DNA of 64,000 nucleotides from Felis catus (Eukaryota), in contig NC_058369.1 of NCBI RefSeq assembly GCF_018350175.1, positions 8,620,001 to 8,684,000 of the forward strand, written 5' to 3'. Each line of letters begins with the position of its first letter. Positions within the stretch are counted from its first letter, which is position 1. Shown here one piece after another: positions 36,901 through 49,923 of the stretch. The translations under genes were made by a program, and so were the position numbers. A model generated the notes under the pieces. It saw only the letters and a list, made by a program, of their open reading frames with translations. It was not told where the DNA came from and ran no database searches.

Positions 36901-39900
36901 GATTTCTACCCATTTCAGACTTATCTTGGCATTATTTATTTTTGTGAAAATAGGCAAATCAATGTATGAACTTTTATTTCCTCTCTCTTCTCATGCTGAA
37001 GGGAGTTAACTGGATCACTGAACATACTTCAGCCTTTCACTTGTGTTTTGTTTGTTTGTTTTTTTACCAACCTGACTGAGGTGTTATGATCTATGTAGCC
37101 AATTCCCTCTTGATGGAGCTTGGATCGTTCCCATTTGAGATCTAGGCAGTGTTGGTGATCATTTTACCATGTTTTCAACCTTTCTGTACGTGCTTTTCAT
37201 AATTAGGGGGAGAAAAGAATAAATACAAAGGCTAGATCGGCTGGCAAATGCACAGAATCTCTTTGGAAGGAGACACAGATGTGGTCACCTCCGGGGAAGG
37301 AGAGTGGGGACTGGGGACCAGGCCGTGGGAGAACTCTTCATCCTGTGTTCTAGAGTACCACTTGGCTTCTAAAGCTTTACTTTTCAAAAGGAAGACGTGA
37401 GTTAAAGAATGCCTTTCCTCTGGAATATGCTCCAGGCCAAGTCTCTGTCCTTTCTCGCCCGGACACCCCATCACCCACTCTCCTATTAACTCGGTCCTCT
37501 GCCCGCCCAGCCCCACCCAGCCCCCATTCAACACCCATGTGGCCAAGCACCAGAGGATGCTTTCGAAACAGAAACTCCTTCCAGAACAGAGCTCCCACCC
37601 CATCCTTCCTCTTCTCAAAACTTCTCTGTGGCCCCCTCTTCACCAACAGGTCCAAACCACGCTCTTTAACCTGGTGCCCTCCTGGTCTCTTCTCCCCAAC
37701 CCCGACCTCCTGCAACTGGCCAAAGGAAGCTCTTTCTACATCTCCAGCAATTCCAGCTGCCCTCTGAACCCCAGCCCAGGCTGCTCCCTCTGCCCAGAAT
37801 GCTCTCCTTGTCTCTTCTGTCCCGCCTGAGTGCAGCTCACCCTCGCGTCCTCCAGGAAGCCCTCCGTGCTCCTTGTCCTTTCTGGGCTCCCAGAGCCCCC
37901 AGTGCTTCTCCGTCTCAGAACCAGCAGCTCTGAGAGAAACTATCTGCTACCTGGGGTCAGCCTTCAGGACCACAGGATCCCCCCATGTGGTCTGGCATGA
38001 GTGGGGCCCCTAGAACACTGGTGTGTGTGTGTGTGTCTGTGTGTGGACTATTTCATTCAGTCATTCGGCAAACACCTGCTGAGCTCAGCTTTGTGCCGGA
38101 CCCTGTGCTGAGCCTCAAGAGACACAGGGGAAACTGAGTTGTGGTGAATGAGCGACCAAGCCAAGCACCCGGTGTGCCTCTGCTAGGGTGGTCAGGAAGG
38201 GGACCCTGAGGAAGGGACAGCAGAGCCGAGACCTGAAGAACATGAAGTCCCGGGGACAAGCGTCCCTGGCAGAAAGAAGGGTGAGCACAAAAGCCTGAGA
38301 AGAAAACTGGCAGAAAGGAAGCCAGATGCCCAGAATACAGACAGGAGGGGGAGGGGCGGGAGAAAGGTCAGAGGTCAAGCCGCCGGGAGGAGTGAGGGCC
38401 ACGGGAATCTAGCAAGGGCTCAGCCCGCGGCTGTGGCCGAGGGTGCGAACAGGGGTGGATACCTGGTAAATGGTGACCCTGGCGCTGAGGTTGGGCTCCA
38501 TGTGCCGCAGGCCCAACTTGGCCAGGTCCACGGGGTCCTGGGGCAGGTCCCGGGGCAGTGGGAAGGGGTTGATATTCTTGAAGCGGGAGAACCACAGCTT
38601 CATGCGCACGAACTTGAGCATGGGGTAACTTTTACGTCCAAATATCTGAATCAGTAGGAACTCGGTCTCCTTGTTGGGCATCACCCCTGTGTCGGGCAGA
38701 AGCAGGCAGGGCCTCAGGGAGGGGGCAGGAGGGAGAAGGGGAGACAGAGACGTGGGAGACGGAGAGGGCCAGAAGAGCCGGGACCAAGAGGGAATCATGA
38801 GGAGGGCCAGATGGAAAGAACCAGAGGCAGGGAGAATTTAGTCAGGGAATTGATGACGGTGAGGGAGAAAAGAATCAGAATTTAAAGGAAAGGTCAGAGG
38901 GAGAGATGAAAGAGGAAAGAGACCAGAGACAGAGGAGAGATTGAGGGAGGGGGGAGGGGGCGCGAGCCAGCAAAACGGACCGAGGAAAGGCAAGTTGGAG
39001 CCATGGAGCGACGGAGGGGCCCACGTCCCGGGGGGAGAGCCCGCTGCCCGCCCCTGGGCCTGCTGGCCTCACCATGGTTCTCCATCTGTTCCAGGACAGC
39101 AATCCCGCACTCCTGCTGCCGTGGGTAGTGGATGAAGATTCTCTGGAAGACGCTTCGAGGCCGGAAGACCTCCTTGGGAAAGACGTCGAGCAGCAGGTTG
39201 TAGACGGCCAGGTCCCGCTCGACGCCGTACTCCCGCATCTTGCGCAGGGCCAGGTAGATGAAGTCGACGTGGCCCCGCTTGTGCACGTTATGCTGCCCGA
39301 AGGTCTGCACGGCCCGCACAAAGTTCGCCTTGTCCTGCGCCCCATCTGGTGCCCGCCTAAACAGCTCCTCGTGGGGTGCCAGGGCCCTGGTGGGTCCCCT
39401 TGGGGGCTTAGGCGGGGGAGGGACCAGCCAGGAGTCAGAGCTGTGGGTGGCTGCGCTGCAGCGGAGACCCCGCGGGGCCTGGAGGGACACCTGGGGACAG
39501 AGAAACCGCTGCTGGAATCCGGCCCCTCCCAGGGCCCCTGGGGGACTGCCGGGCCGGCTCTTTCCTGGGGAAGGTGCCAGCGGGCATCCCTCAGGGCCTC
39601 TGAGGCCTGTGTGGTGCTGTGGTAACAAGTCCAAGATCAGGCACCATTACGAAGTGTGAGAAAACAATGGTAAAACCCCCACGGAGGCAGCTCGACAATA
39701 TTCGCCAGGATAACAAACACACACCCTCGGATACAGCGATCCTGCGTCTGGTTTTTAAATCCTACAGCTACCCACCAACCTGTGCCCAATGACTTGTGTC
39801 TGTCCACCGTAGCAGGGGAAAGCCGCCCCGCCGCGCATCAGCAAGGAAATGGTTAAGCAAATGGCCATGAACCTGGACGAGGGACGCCTGCGTCTGTCAG

Positions 39901-42900
39901 ACACACCGAGGAGGGTCTTGTGTGACCCAGAACGAGCCCCAGGGTATATATTATGAAAGCAAAGCAAGGAATGTGTGAAGTGGTGCGTTCAGTAGGGTCC
40001 CATAGGTATAAAGAAGCCTCACCCACTGACACACAAGGGATCTTCATTAGTTGTGGATTCCGTATTTGGAAATTTGCCTGCTTGCTACATTGATTTGCAA
40101 TCCCAACGCCGATACTCTCAGCACTTTCCCGGTCATTCACAGACACAGGCTGTGCTGTGAGAAATCTGAGTCACCCAAGCCCGTTCATTCCCAGCTGAGA
40201 TGGAATAAGGTGACGCTCAGCCTTCTGGATTCAGCCCTTGTATTCTCGACAAGCGTCCTGTTAGAGATTTACTTAGTGCACATTTTCCACATCTTCTGGT
40301 CGGTGCTGTTGTGGCTGAAAATGGCCCCCACGCATAGTACTGACGGGCCGTCTAGCATTCCTACGGGCAAGAAGGCTCTGCTGTTCCTTACAGAGAAAAT
40401 ACCGTGTGGTAGATAAGCTACATTCAGGCTTGAGTTATAGTGCTGTCGGCGGTGAGTTCAACGTTAATGAGCCAACAATATATATTAAATAAGATGTCTT
40501 TAAACAGAAACGCACATCCAACAAGATACTGACTCGCCTGTGAAACTGTGAGCAGAGGCTCGCAGGAACCGACCCCACATTTCCCTGGAGGCGACAGTTT
40601 AGTATTTACTAGTTCGGTGTACGCGGCCACTTTGTCAAACATAACCCCGGCGGATAATGAGAATCAACTGTATGTATATAATTTTTTTGCTCCTGTGAAA
40701 TATATCTGGAAGGGAACGCGTGAAGTGGGGAACATCTCTTGCCTCGAGAGAGAGGGGAGCTAAGTGGGGTCATGGTGTAGCCTTAGAACTTTTTTTTTTT
40801 TAATTAAAAAAACCTTTTTTTTTTAAATGTTTATTTATTTATGACAGAGAGAGAGAGCATGAGCGGGAGAGGGGCAGACAGAGAGGGAGACACAGAATCC
40901 GAAGCAGGCTCCAGGCTCTGAGCCATCAGCACAGAGCCCGATGCGGGCCTCGAACTCACAGGCTGCGAGATCATGACCTGAGCTGAAGTCAGACGCTCAA
41001 CTGACTGAGCCACCCAGGCGCCCCGGAACCTTTTGAATGTTGAACCAAATTGCCCGCTGTAACTAGCCGTATTGTCTATTCAAAAGATAGCTTTCAAAAA
41101 CTTAAAAGAGAAAAGGCGGATTTTGTGGTCGGCAGGAATCTTGGCTTGCCTGTCCTCTGCTAGGTTATGACCACATCCCACTTTACTGCTCAGGCCTCGG
41201 CTTCCCCTTCTGTTATGATGGTGTTTCTCTTGGGTCAAGAAGATCTTGTTCCCCAGAGTGAAGAATGGAGGCTACTGGGGACAGGCGAGATCCCTCCGCA
41301 ATGTAAGACAGCAAACTACAGCCTGTGGGGCCAATATGGCCAACTGCCTGCTTTCGTCACTAAAGGTGAATTAGAATACAGCCACGCGCATTTATTACGT
41401 CTAGTCTGGGGCTGTGTTTGTGCTACAGGGGCAGAGCCAGATAGTTCTAACAGAGACCGTGTGGCTTGCAAGGCCAAAAATACTTACTGACTCAGTACAA
41501 AAATGTTCGCTAACCCACATGTGGATGGCAACACCACCAAATTTCTGACTTGAAATGGAATTGAATGTTTAAATTACAATGGTTATACATACGGCATCTT
41601 TAAAAATATATGGCGAGGGGCGCCTGAGGGGCTCAGTCGGTTAAGGGTCTGGCTCTTGATTTTGGCTCGGGTCATGATCTCACGATTTGGGAGATCGAGC
41701 CCAGAGGCGGGCTCCTCGCTGACGGCATGGAGCCTGCTTGGGATACTCTCTCTCCCTCGCTCTCTGCCCCTCCCCCGCTCATGCTCTGTCTCTCTCTGTT
41801 TCAAAAATAAATAAACATGGGGCGCGTGGGTGGCGCAGTCGGTTAAACGTCCGGCTTCAGCCAGGTCACGATCTCGCGGTCCGTGAGTTCGAGCCCCGCG
41901 TCAGGCTCTGGGCTGATGGCTCAGAGCCTGGAGCCTGTTTCCGATTCTGTGTCTCCCTCTCTCTCTGCCCCTCCCCCGTTCATGCTCTGTCTCTCTCTGT
42001 CCCAAAAATAAATAAACATTGAAAAAAAAATTAAAAAAAATAAATAAACACATTAAAAAAAATTTTTTTTTTAAAAATCAGAAAGGAAGCGGGGCGCCTG
42101 GGTGGCTCAGTCGGTTAGGCATCTGACTTCAGCTTGGGTCACACGGTTGGTGGGTTCGAGCCCCGCGTCGGGCTCGGGGCTGACAGCTCAGAGCCTGGAG
42201 CCTGCTTCTGTTTCTGTGTCTCCCTCTCTCTCTGACCCTCCCTGGCTCGTGCTCTATCTCTCTCTCTCAAAAATAAATAAACATTGGAAGGAACCTCTAG
42301 AATGGCCGAAAGAAGGGGAGACAGTACCAATGAGATAAAAGCATAACAAACAGCATAGCACGCGGCCTGGCCCAGAGGAAGTGCTCGGTAAGGGAGGTAC
42401 AGGCATAGCTCGGAGATATCGAGGGTTTAGTTCCAGACTACAGCAATCAAGCAAGCGTCGCAATAATAGGAGTCAAATCAATTTTTTGGCTTCCCGGTGC
42501 GCACGAAAGTTATGTTTACACTACACCGTCGCCTATAAAGTGTGCAATACCACTAAGTCTGAAAAAAATGGACGTACCTTAAATAAAAAATACTTTATTG
42601 CTAAAAAATGCTAACCAGCGCCTGAGCTTCCGGCAAGTCGCTATCACTGATCCCAGATCAAATAGGATAATGATGAGTAAGTCTGGAGTACTGCAAGAAT
42701 TACCAAAACGGGACACCGAGAACAAAGTGAGCAAACGCTGTCGGACAACGGCACCGACAGGCTTGCTCGCCACGGGGTCGCCACAAACCCTCAATTTGTA
42801 AAAACAAACACACAAAGCCCAAAACCGCATTGTTTGTGAAGCACAACAGAACAAGGTCGGCGGCCACCATCACTGTGGTAGGCATCTATGCCCGTTGACT

Positions 42901-43248
42901 GGCTTGGGCCGTCTGGTCACCCCGGGAAGGGGTGGAAGTTCAAGTTTCTGCCCAAATCTCAACAAGTGGATACAGGGGTTACCCACAGTCACCACCCACA
43001 TCTACTTAGCTCACAAATCCTTATTCCCAAATTCAACTCCCTTACCCGCATGGGCACCAGCCCTTCTTAAAGTGAATTAAGGCGGGGTCAACTGGCCCTC
43101 AGAGCAGATAGGCCGGCCGGGGTGAGCGGACGACTGTTCAGCTGGTGGTTACCTGAGAGAAGGGGGCTCCCGTGACGGTGGCCCCGCAGATGCCTCCGCA
43201 GCCCCGAGAGAGGCCCCGGGCCAGCAGGATGGCTTGGGCCCAGCTCAT
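33235..43248 (-). CDS. ECSIT: ECSIT (Toll-pathway signalling intermediate, mitochondrial complex I assembly factor), complete spliced CDS, 433 aa
   Basis: join(43153-43248,39073-39490,38463-38686,34613-34670,34348-34496,34043-34148,33235-33485) = 1302 nt; [12 protein letters not shown]...[25 protein letters not shown]...[20 protein letters not shown]...VEEGPVFA...QQGQS*. Confidence 0.95.
33883..33920. repeat. (GT)n microsatellite, about 19 units, in last ECSIT intron
   Basis: Read directly. Confidence 0.95.
34043..34148 (-). CDS. ECSIT: ECSIT exon 7
   Basis: [35 protein letters not shown]. Confidence 0.92.
34348..34496 (-). CDS. ECSIT: ECSIT exon 6
   Basis: [49 protein letters not shown]. 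Confidence 0.94.
34613..34670 (-). CDS. ECSIT: ECSIT exon 5 (58 nt)
   Basis: [19 protein letters not shown]; cag/gtaagg; phases fit. Confidence 0.88.
35247..35652 (+). mobile_element. Degenerate Can-SINE (35247-35415) followed by young SINEC_Fc-type copy (35427-35652)
   Basis: Two heads; the second is CpG-rich and nearly identical to copies at 41819 and 62736. Confidence 0.9.
35863..36071 (-). mobile_element. Can-SINE
   Basis: Poly-T and reverse head. Confidence 0.85.
36587..36794 (+). mobile_element. Can-SINE
   Basis: Head, (CT)n, A tail. Confidence 0.9.
38463..38686 (-). CDS. ECSIT: ECSIT exon 4
   Basis: [32 protein letters not shown]...ARVTIYQ. Confidence 0.94.
39073..39490 (-). CDS. 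ECSIT: ECSIT exon 3
   Basis: [16 protein letters not shown]...[19 protein letters not shown]. Confidence 0.94.
40030..40672. mobile_element. TcMar-Tigger-type DNA transposon fossil
   Basis: Terminal ...ggataatgagaatcaactg followed by TA; degenerate counterpart near 40035; subfamily not assigned. Confidence 0.6.
40790..41023 (-). mobile_element. Can-SINE
   Basis: Poly-T and reverse head. Confidence 0.9.
41308..41517. mobile_element. hAT-Charlie MITE (MER58-like)
   Basis: cagcaaactacagcctgtgggg...tacagccacg...caaggccaaaaatacttact. Confidence 0.6.
41617..42283 (+). mobile_element. Three tandem Can-SINEs (41617, young 41819, 42091)
   Basis: Three heads, each with (CT)n and A tail. Confidence 0.9.
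42400..42860. mobile_element. Tigger1-derived internally deleted element
   Basis: TA + caggcatagctcggagatatc...gttccagac, resembling the Tigger1 terminus. Confidence 0.7.
43153..43248 (-). CDS. ECSIT: ECSIT exon 2 coding part (mitochondrial targeting peptide); exon begins at 43272
   Basis: [32 protein letters not shown]|gtaacc; in-frame upstream TGA. Confidence 0.9.
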
Positions 43249-43509
43249 TGCCTCCACTTGTCAGACAACCACCTGGCCGAGACAGAGAAAAGACAGCATC
43301 AGCCAACTAATGGAGAGGAGACCCCTTCTGGGCTGTGGCCGTGTTCCAGACTGCATGGCCAACTCACCAGCCCCACTGGTGTCTTCATTCACCGCATGGA
43401 CTTACAATGGCTGTTACGATCAAGCGTCCCGATTTTCTTGGGCTAAACCTTTCACTGCCTTGAGGAATCTGTTCCTGCCATGGCCTGCCTCCCTACTGGA
43501 TCATTCTTT

Positions 43510-45424
43510 CTTTGTAACAGCTTTATTCACGTATCATGTAGTTCAGCCTTTTCAAGTGTAAAATTCAATGGTTTTTTTTTTAGTACATTCAGAGTTGTAC
43601 AACCACCACTGCAATCTAATTTTACACCATTCTTGTCACCCCAAAAAGAAAACCTATACCCAATCGGCAGTCTCTCTTATTTCCCCTCATTACTCAACCC
43701 CAGGCAAGCACTAACCTTACTGTTTCTATAATTTGCCTATTCCGGGTAGTTTGTACAATACGACGCGTGCTCTTTTGTGGCTGACTTCTTTCACTTAGCA
43801 TGTGTTTAAGGCTAACCATGTCGTAGCATGTAACAGACTTCATTTGTTTTGTCAAAAAATTCAACTATACAGATATAGCCATGTTTTATTTATCTATTCC
43901 TCAATTGGTGGATAGTTGGGGTTGTTTCAACTTTTTGACTATTAGGACTAATGCTGCTATGAACACTTGGGTGGAAGTTTTGTGTGAAAAAGTGTTTACA
44001 TGTCTCTTGGGTAGATACACAGAAGTCAAATTGCTGAGACATATGGTTAATTCTAACATTTTGAGGAACTACCAAACTGCTTTATTTTTTCATTTTAATT
44101 TTTTAAGCTGGTTCCACACCCAATGTGGGACTTGAACTCACAACCCCACATCAGGAGGTGCATGCTCTACCAACCGACATAGCCAGGCACACCCGCCAAA
44201 CGATTTTCTAAAGTGGCTGCGCCATTTTACACTCTTATGAGCAACATGTAAGAGTTCCAATTTCTCCACATCCCTGCCAATTCTTGTCGTCTTTTTGATT
44301 ACAGACACACTAGTGAATGTGAGGTGATATCTCATGGTTGGATTTGCACTTCCTTAAAAAGCGATGTTGAACATTCTTTCATGCCCTTATTGGCCGATGC
44401 ATACCTTCTTTGGAGAAATGTCTATTTAGATCCTTTGTACATTTAAAAAATTGGGTTACTTATCTTTTTATTATTGAGTTGTAAGAGTTCTTTATATATT
44501 CTGAATACTAGACCCTTGTGTTTTACAAATACTTTCTCCCATTCATTAGACTACTTTTCACTTTCTTGATGTTACTGTTTGCAGGACAAGTTTTTATTCC
44601 AGTGATGTCCAATTTATGTTTTTCTTTTATAGCTGTGATCTGGATGTTATATCTAAAAAAACCACTAAATTAAGGAGTGCCTGGGGGGTTCAGTCGGTTG
44701 AGTGTCCAACTTCAGCTCAGGTCATAATCTCGCAGTTCTTGAGTTTGAGTCCCACATTGGGCTCTGTGCTGACAGCTCAGAGCCTGGAGCTGCTTCAGAT
44801 TCTGTGTCTCCCTATCTCTGCCCCTTCCCTGCTCATTCTCTGTCTCTCAAAAATGAATAAACGTTAAAAAAAAAAAAAACCACTAAATTAAAACAAAAAC
44901 AAACAAAAAAAAACCCCACTGCCTAGCCCAAGGTCATGAAGATTTACTCCCATGTTTTCTCTAAGAGTTTAATAGTTTTAGCTCTTACATTTAGGCCTGG
45001 GATCCACCTTGAATTAATTTTTCTGTATGGTGTGAAAAAGGGGTTCATTTCATGTGGATATCCAGTTGCCCTAGTACTATTTGTTGAAGAGACTATTCTT
45101 TCTGTATTTCTGGGTCTTGGCATTCTTTTTCTTTTTTAAATTAAGTTCTAAAATTTTAAGTCCAGTATAGTTAACATACAGTGTTATATTCATTTCAGCT
45201 GTACAATATAGTGATTCTACAATTCTATACATTACTCAGTGCTCATCGTGGTAAGTGTACTTTTTGTCTTGGCATTCTTGCTGAAAATCAATTGACCATA
45301 AATGTAAGGGTTTAATTCTGGGCTCCCAATTCTATTGATCTATACTGAGTCTTAAGCCAGCACTACACTGTTTTATTATAGTTTGTAAGTTTTAAAATCA
45401 GGAAGTGTAAGTCCTTCAACTTTG

Positions 45425-45471
<47 letters not shown>

Positions 45472-46530
45472 GTTGTTTTGGCTATTCTGGGTCCCTTGCA
45501 ATTACATATACATTTTAGAATCAGCTGTCAATGACTGCAAAAAGTCAGAGGGATTCTGATAGGGATTGTATTGAGTCTACAGATCAGTTTAGGGAATATT
45601 GGTATCTTAATAATATTAAGTCTTCTGATCCATGAACATGGGATACCTCTCCACTTACTTAGATCATCTTTAATTTCTTTCAACAGTGTTTTATAGTTTT
45701 CACTGTATGTGTCTTTTATTTATTTTGTTAAATTTATTCATATTTCATTCTTTATGAAGCTATTACACATGGGATTATTTTCTTAATTTCATTTCCACAC
45801 TGTTCAGTGCTAGTATGGCACTATATGTATTTCTATATTGGCATACTATTTTTATATGTTGATCTATCCTACAACCTTGTTGAACTCACTTATTAGTCCC
45901 AGTAGCTTTTTATTGGATTCTTTTCTATATACAAGATCACATCATCAGCAAGTATAGTTTTATCTCTTCCTTTCCAAACTGGGTTTCTTTTACGTCTTTT
46001 CCTTTCTCAAGTGCCCTTGCTGGAACCTCCAGTACAATGTTGAATGGAAGTGACAAGAGTGGACATCCTTTTCTTATTCTTGATCTCAGGGGAAAAGTGT
46101 CCAGTCTTTTATCATTAAGTATGATGTGAGCTGTCTGTTTTTCATACATGGCCTTTATAAGGTTGAAGAAATTCCCTTCTATACCCAGATGTTGAATGCT
46201 TCTATCAGAAAGGATACTGGATTTTGTGAAGTATTTTTTGTTGCATCTACTGAAATAAGCATGTAGTTTTTATCTTTTATTTTATTAATATGGTATATCT
46301 CATTAACTGATTTTCAGATTTTAAACTAATCTTGCTTTTATGGGATAAATTCCACTTGATCATGGTATATAATACTTTTTATATGTTGCTAAAATTTGGT
46401 TTGCTTGTTATTTTGTTGAGGATTTTTACATCCATATTCGTAAGAGATATTGGTCTGTAGTTTTTAGTGTCTGTTTGATTTGGTATCAGGATAATGCTGA
46501 CCTCATAAAATGAGATGGGAAATGTCTGGA
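43510..46530 (-). mobile_element. Old 5'-truncated LINE-1 (3' end and ORF2 remnant) with inserted SINEs at about 44095 and 44674
   Basis: AT-rich L1 antisense signature; RT-like FPLRSRIRKGCPLLSLPFNIVLEV in ORF 45937-46149. Confidence 0.85.
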
Positions 46531-47250
46531 TCATTCTTATCACCATTTAAACTTTCTCTAACATCTCCCATTTTGACCTGAAGACTCCCTCCAGCCTCTG
46601 CTCCATATCTCTGCTCCCTTTACAGTAAAGTTTCTCCCAAGAGGTGTATACACATTATGCTTCCTCACTCTCTCCAACTTGGCTGCTGCCCCAACCACTC
46701 CACTAATACCATTTGTAAAGGCCCCTTTTGCATTTTGCACTTATGAAAGCCAATGATTATTTTTAAGGCTTCATTTTGCTCAATTTCTCAGAAACATACA
46801 TCATGGGTGAGGCCCTCCTCCCACCTTTTTGACATGACCCACCTCCTTCTTTAAAGCTACAATGTCTGCAAACTTGAATGCGTAGATGAATCACTTAGGA
46901 TCTTGTTAAAATGCAGATTTGGATTCAGCAAATCTGGCGTAGAGCTAAAGATCCTGTACATCCAACAAGCTTCCAAATGATGCTGATGTTGCTGGTGTGG
47001 GGACCACACTTTGAGTACTAAGATTGCAAAGAGGCCCACATCCTGAATCTGTCTGTCTGCTACCCTGAAGTGTCTTTCAACTTGTTCCCCTCTTCTCTGT
47101 ATTCTTGTAGGCAGCTTTAATGGTTCTCAAACTTTGTTCATATTAGAATCATCTTGGGGGCTTTTAAAAATTCCCATGCCCAGGCCATACACCAGATATA
47201 ATAAATCAAAGTATCTAAAGGTAGGCATCAGCATTTTAAAGTACAGCAAT

Positions 47251-47377
47251 GGGGACGCCTGGGTGGCTCAGTGGGTTGAGCACCCAGCTCTTGACTTCAG
47301 CTCAGGTCATGATCCCAGGGTCATAGAACAGCTGAGCCGGGCTCCACGCTGAGCACTCAGCATGGAGCCTGTCTGGG

Positions 47378-47421
<44 letters not shown>

Positions 47422-47860
47422 CCTCCCTCCCTCCCTCTATCCCCAACCCGCTCACGCTCTCTCTCTCGAAAATAAAAAATAAAATGAATAAAACACTCCA
47501 GTGACTTTAATATGCTGCTAAGATTGAGACCTTAATCTGAATCTTCACTACTCAAAGTGTGTTCCAGGGATCAGCTATATCAATATCATCATTTGGGAGC
47601 TCATTAGAAAAGCAAAATCTCGGGGCGCCTGGGTGGCTCAGTCGGTTGGACGTCCGACTTCGGCTCAGGTCATGATCTCGTGGTCTGTGAGTTCAAAGCC
47701 CCGCGTCGGGCTCTGTGCTGACAGCTCAGAGCCTGGAGCCTGTTTCAGATTCTGTGTCTCCCTCTCTCTCTGACCTTCCCCCGTTCATGCTCTGTCTCTC
47801 TCTGTCTCAAAAATGAATAAATGTTAAAAAAAAAAAATTAAAAAAAAAAAAAGAAGAAAA
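47251..47860 (+). mobile_element. Two Can-SINEs (47251-47493, 47622-47860) among MER5-like fragments
   Basis: Heads, (CT)n, A tails. Confidence 0.85.
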
Positions 47861-49139
47861 GAAAAGCAAAATCTCAGCCCTAACCCAGATCTCCTGAGTC
47901 AGAATCCACATTTGAATAAGAGTCCAGGTTTCTCCTATGTGCGTTAAAGTCTGAAAAATGACAATCTATGTTCTGATGGATTCCAAACAGTTATTGCCAG
48001 TCCTGACCTCCAGCCCCCATGCCTAACTGCCATCTTCGCATGTACCCAGCCATCTCCAACTTAATCTGCTCCAAAGTGATATCCCTGCTTAAACGTGTTC
48101 CTCTCCACCCTAGCGAATGACACCACCATTCCTAGTCATTCGGGCCACAGACCTAGAAGTCATCTCTGCATCCGCTATGTCCCTCATTGCCCCATTCAGT
48201 CCACCAAGTAGTTCTGATGAGTACGTCCAAGCCCGTCCCAAATACATCCATTTCTCTGCATCGGCAAGCCACCACCCCAATCCCATGATCTCTGTCCTTA
48301 AGGCCTACCCAACTTCCCCTCCAGTCAGTTCTCCCCGCCATGGCCAGAGGGAGCTTTTTTTAAATGTAAACTAAATTCAGTGTTCTCTGCCTAAAAATCA
48401 CTAGTGTTACATTACACAGATATTCAGATCTGTAAGTCTGAACCCCGTGGTGGGGTGTAGACAGAGTCTACCTCTCCAAACTCAACTCTTATCACTCTAG
48501 CTCTCACAGGTCTAGCTACGCTGTTTGTTAAACAAGCTAAGTTTATTCCAGTCTCAGAGCCTTTGCACTGGCTATTCCCCCTGTTTGGAAATTTCTTCTC
48601 CTAGATTCGTCCATAGCTGTCTCTGGTCGTGCAGGTCTATGTTCAAATGAGAGGGCTTCCTGGACCACAGCCCCACTCCCAATCCAAGCACCCATCACCC
48701 TGATGAATGCACTGTTAACAATTATTAGCATCTGAAATCACCTGTTCCCTGCATTTCTGACGTGTTTAACGTCTGGCTACCCCAGGAGATAGGGGATTTT
48801 TGTCTGTCTTCCTCATTGCTGTGTTTCCAGCACCTGGACAGTGCCTGGTACAAAGCAGGTGCCTAACAAGTATCAGTTGAATGGGGAGAAGAGCTAAATT
48901 GCTACAAAACATCTATGATCTGTAAATCTGAACGCCATGGCGGGGTGTACCTACAGCAGCTCTGAGGCTGCCTGCCAGGATTCTGGGATCCTTGGGATAA
49001 ACAGACGCGGGTCCGAATTCCAGCCTAGCTGCCAACTTCCGGCGTGACTTCGGGAGAGGCCCTTAACCTCTCTGAGCCTCAGCTGTCTCATCTGCAAAAT
49101 AGGAGATTAGGGACGTGGGGAGGGTAGTATACAGAGATC

Positions 49140-49570
49140 GGCTTTTTCCAGCACGTCCCCGCCCCGCACCTCCAAAGGTCACGGTGCCCTGGCCCTGCAG
49201 CTGGGTCGCTCTGGGCTGTGCTCCCGTCCTGCCGGCCCAGAACCGGCCACCCCAGGACCCAGCAGTTTGCTCTCGCCTTCCCACGGGCGATCTACATACT
49301 CACGCGGCAAGCCGCGGACTCCAAGCCGGCTCGGTCGTGACTCTGGGCGCCGCCATTTTACCCAGAGAGCTTCCAGGTCAGGGGCCACCGGGGAGACAGC
49401 AAATCGAGAACACAGGTTTAGAGAGGTCCCGCCCAAAATGGAGGAGCACCAATAGGAAGACAGAAAGAACTTGGTCCCTCCTCACACCGAGCCAGGCCCC
49501 ACCCCCAACAGGGCAAGCCGCACCCCCATTAAGGCAGGGAAAGGAATGATTGGACCGATCCGGGCTGGGA
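49140..49570 (-). promoter_or_regulatory. ECSIT: Probable ECSIT promoter and non-coding exon 1 (donor after 49304)
   Basis: CpG-rich; GC|gtgagtat donor on minus; YY1 motif CGCCATTTT 49351-49359; CCAAT 49449-49453 and ATTGG 49549-49553. Confidence 0.7.
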
Positions 49571-49869
49571 GGCTGGACTTAGGCGGCCTGTGACTCCAGG
49601 TGGAGGCCCAGTTTTCCCACCTGAAATGTGGAAATAAAATATTGATGGTAGAAGTGATGTGGATTCCTTCGTTTGTTCGCCTAACCTTTATTGAGCGCTT
49701 ACCGTGTGCTAGGCGCAGTTTTAGTCGCTGAGGATACTGGGCTGATACATAGCAGTGAAGGAGACAAGTTTTGCTAATTAGCTCCCTGACTCTGGGCTCC
49801 TGCTTAACTCATCTGTGCCTGGGTCATCTCACCCTGAAATGGGCCAGTTATAATAACCTCATGGGATTT

Positions 49870-49872
<3 letters not shown>

Positions 49873-49923
<51 letters not shown>

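Noticed and set aside
41617..42338. Recurrent MAQSV...AQVMISR ORFs and tRNA-like A/B boxes
   Set aside because: Can-SINE heads; tRNA-derived but neither tRNA genes nor proteins. The dispersed copies are not a CRISPR-like array
45937..46149. Reverse-transcriptase-like peptide
   Set aside because: Degenerate LINE-1 ORF2 fragment in a truncated old L1, not an intact RT system
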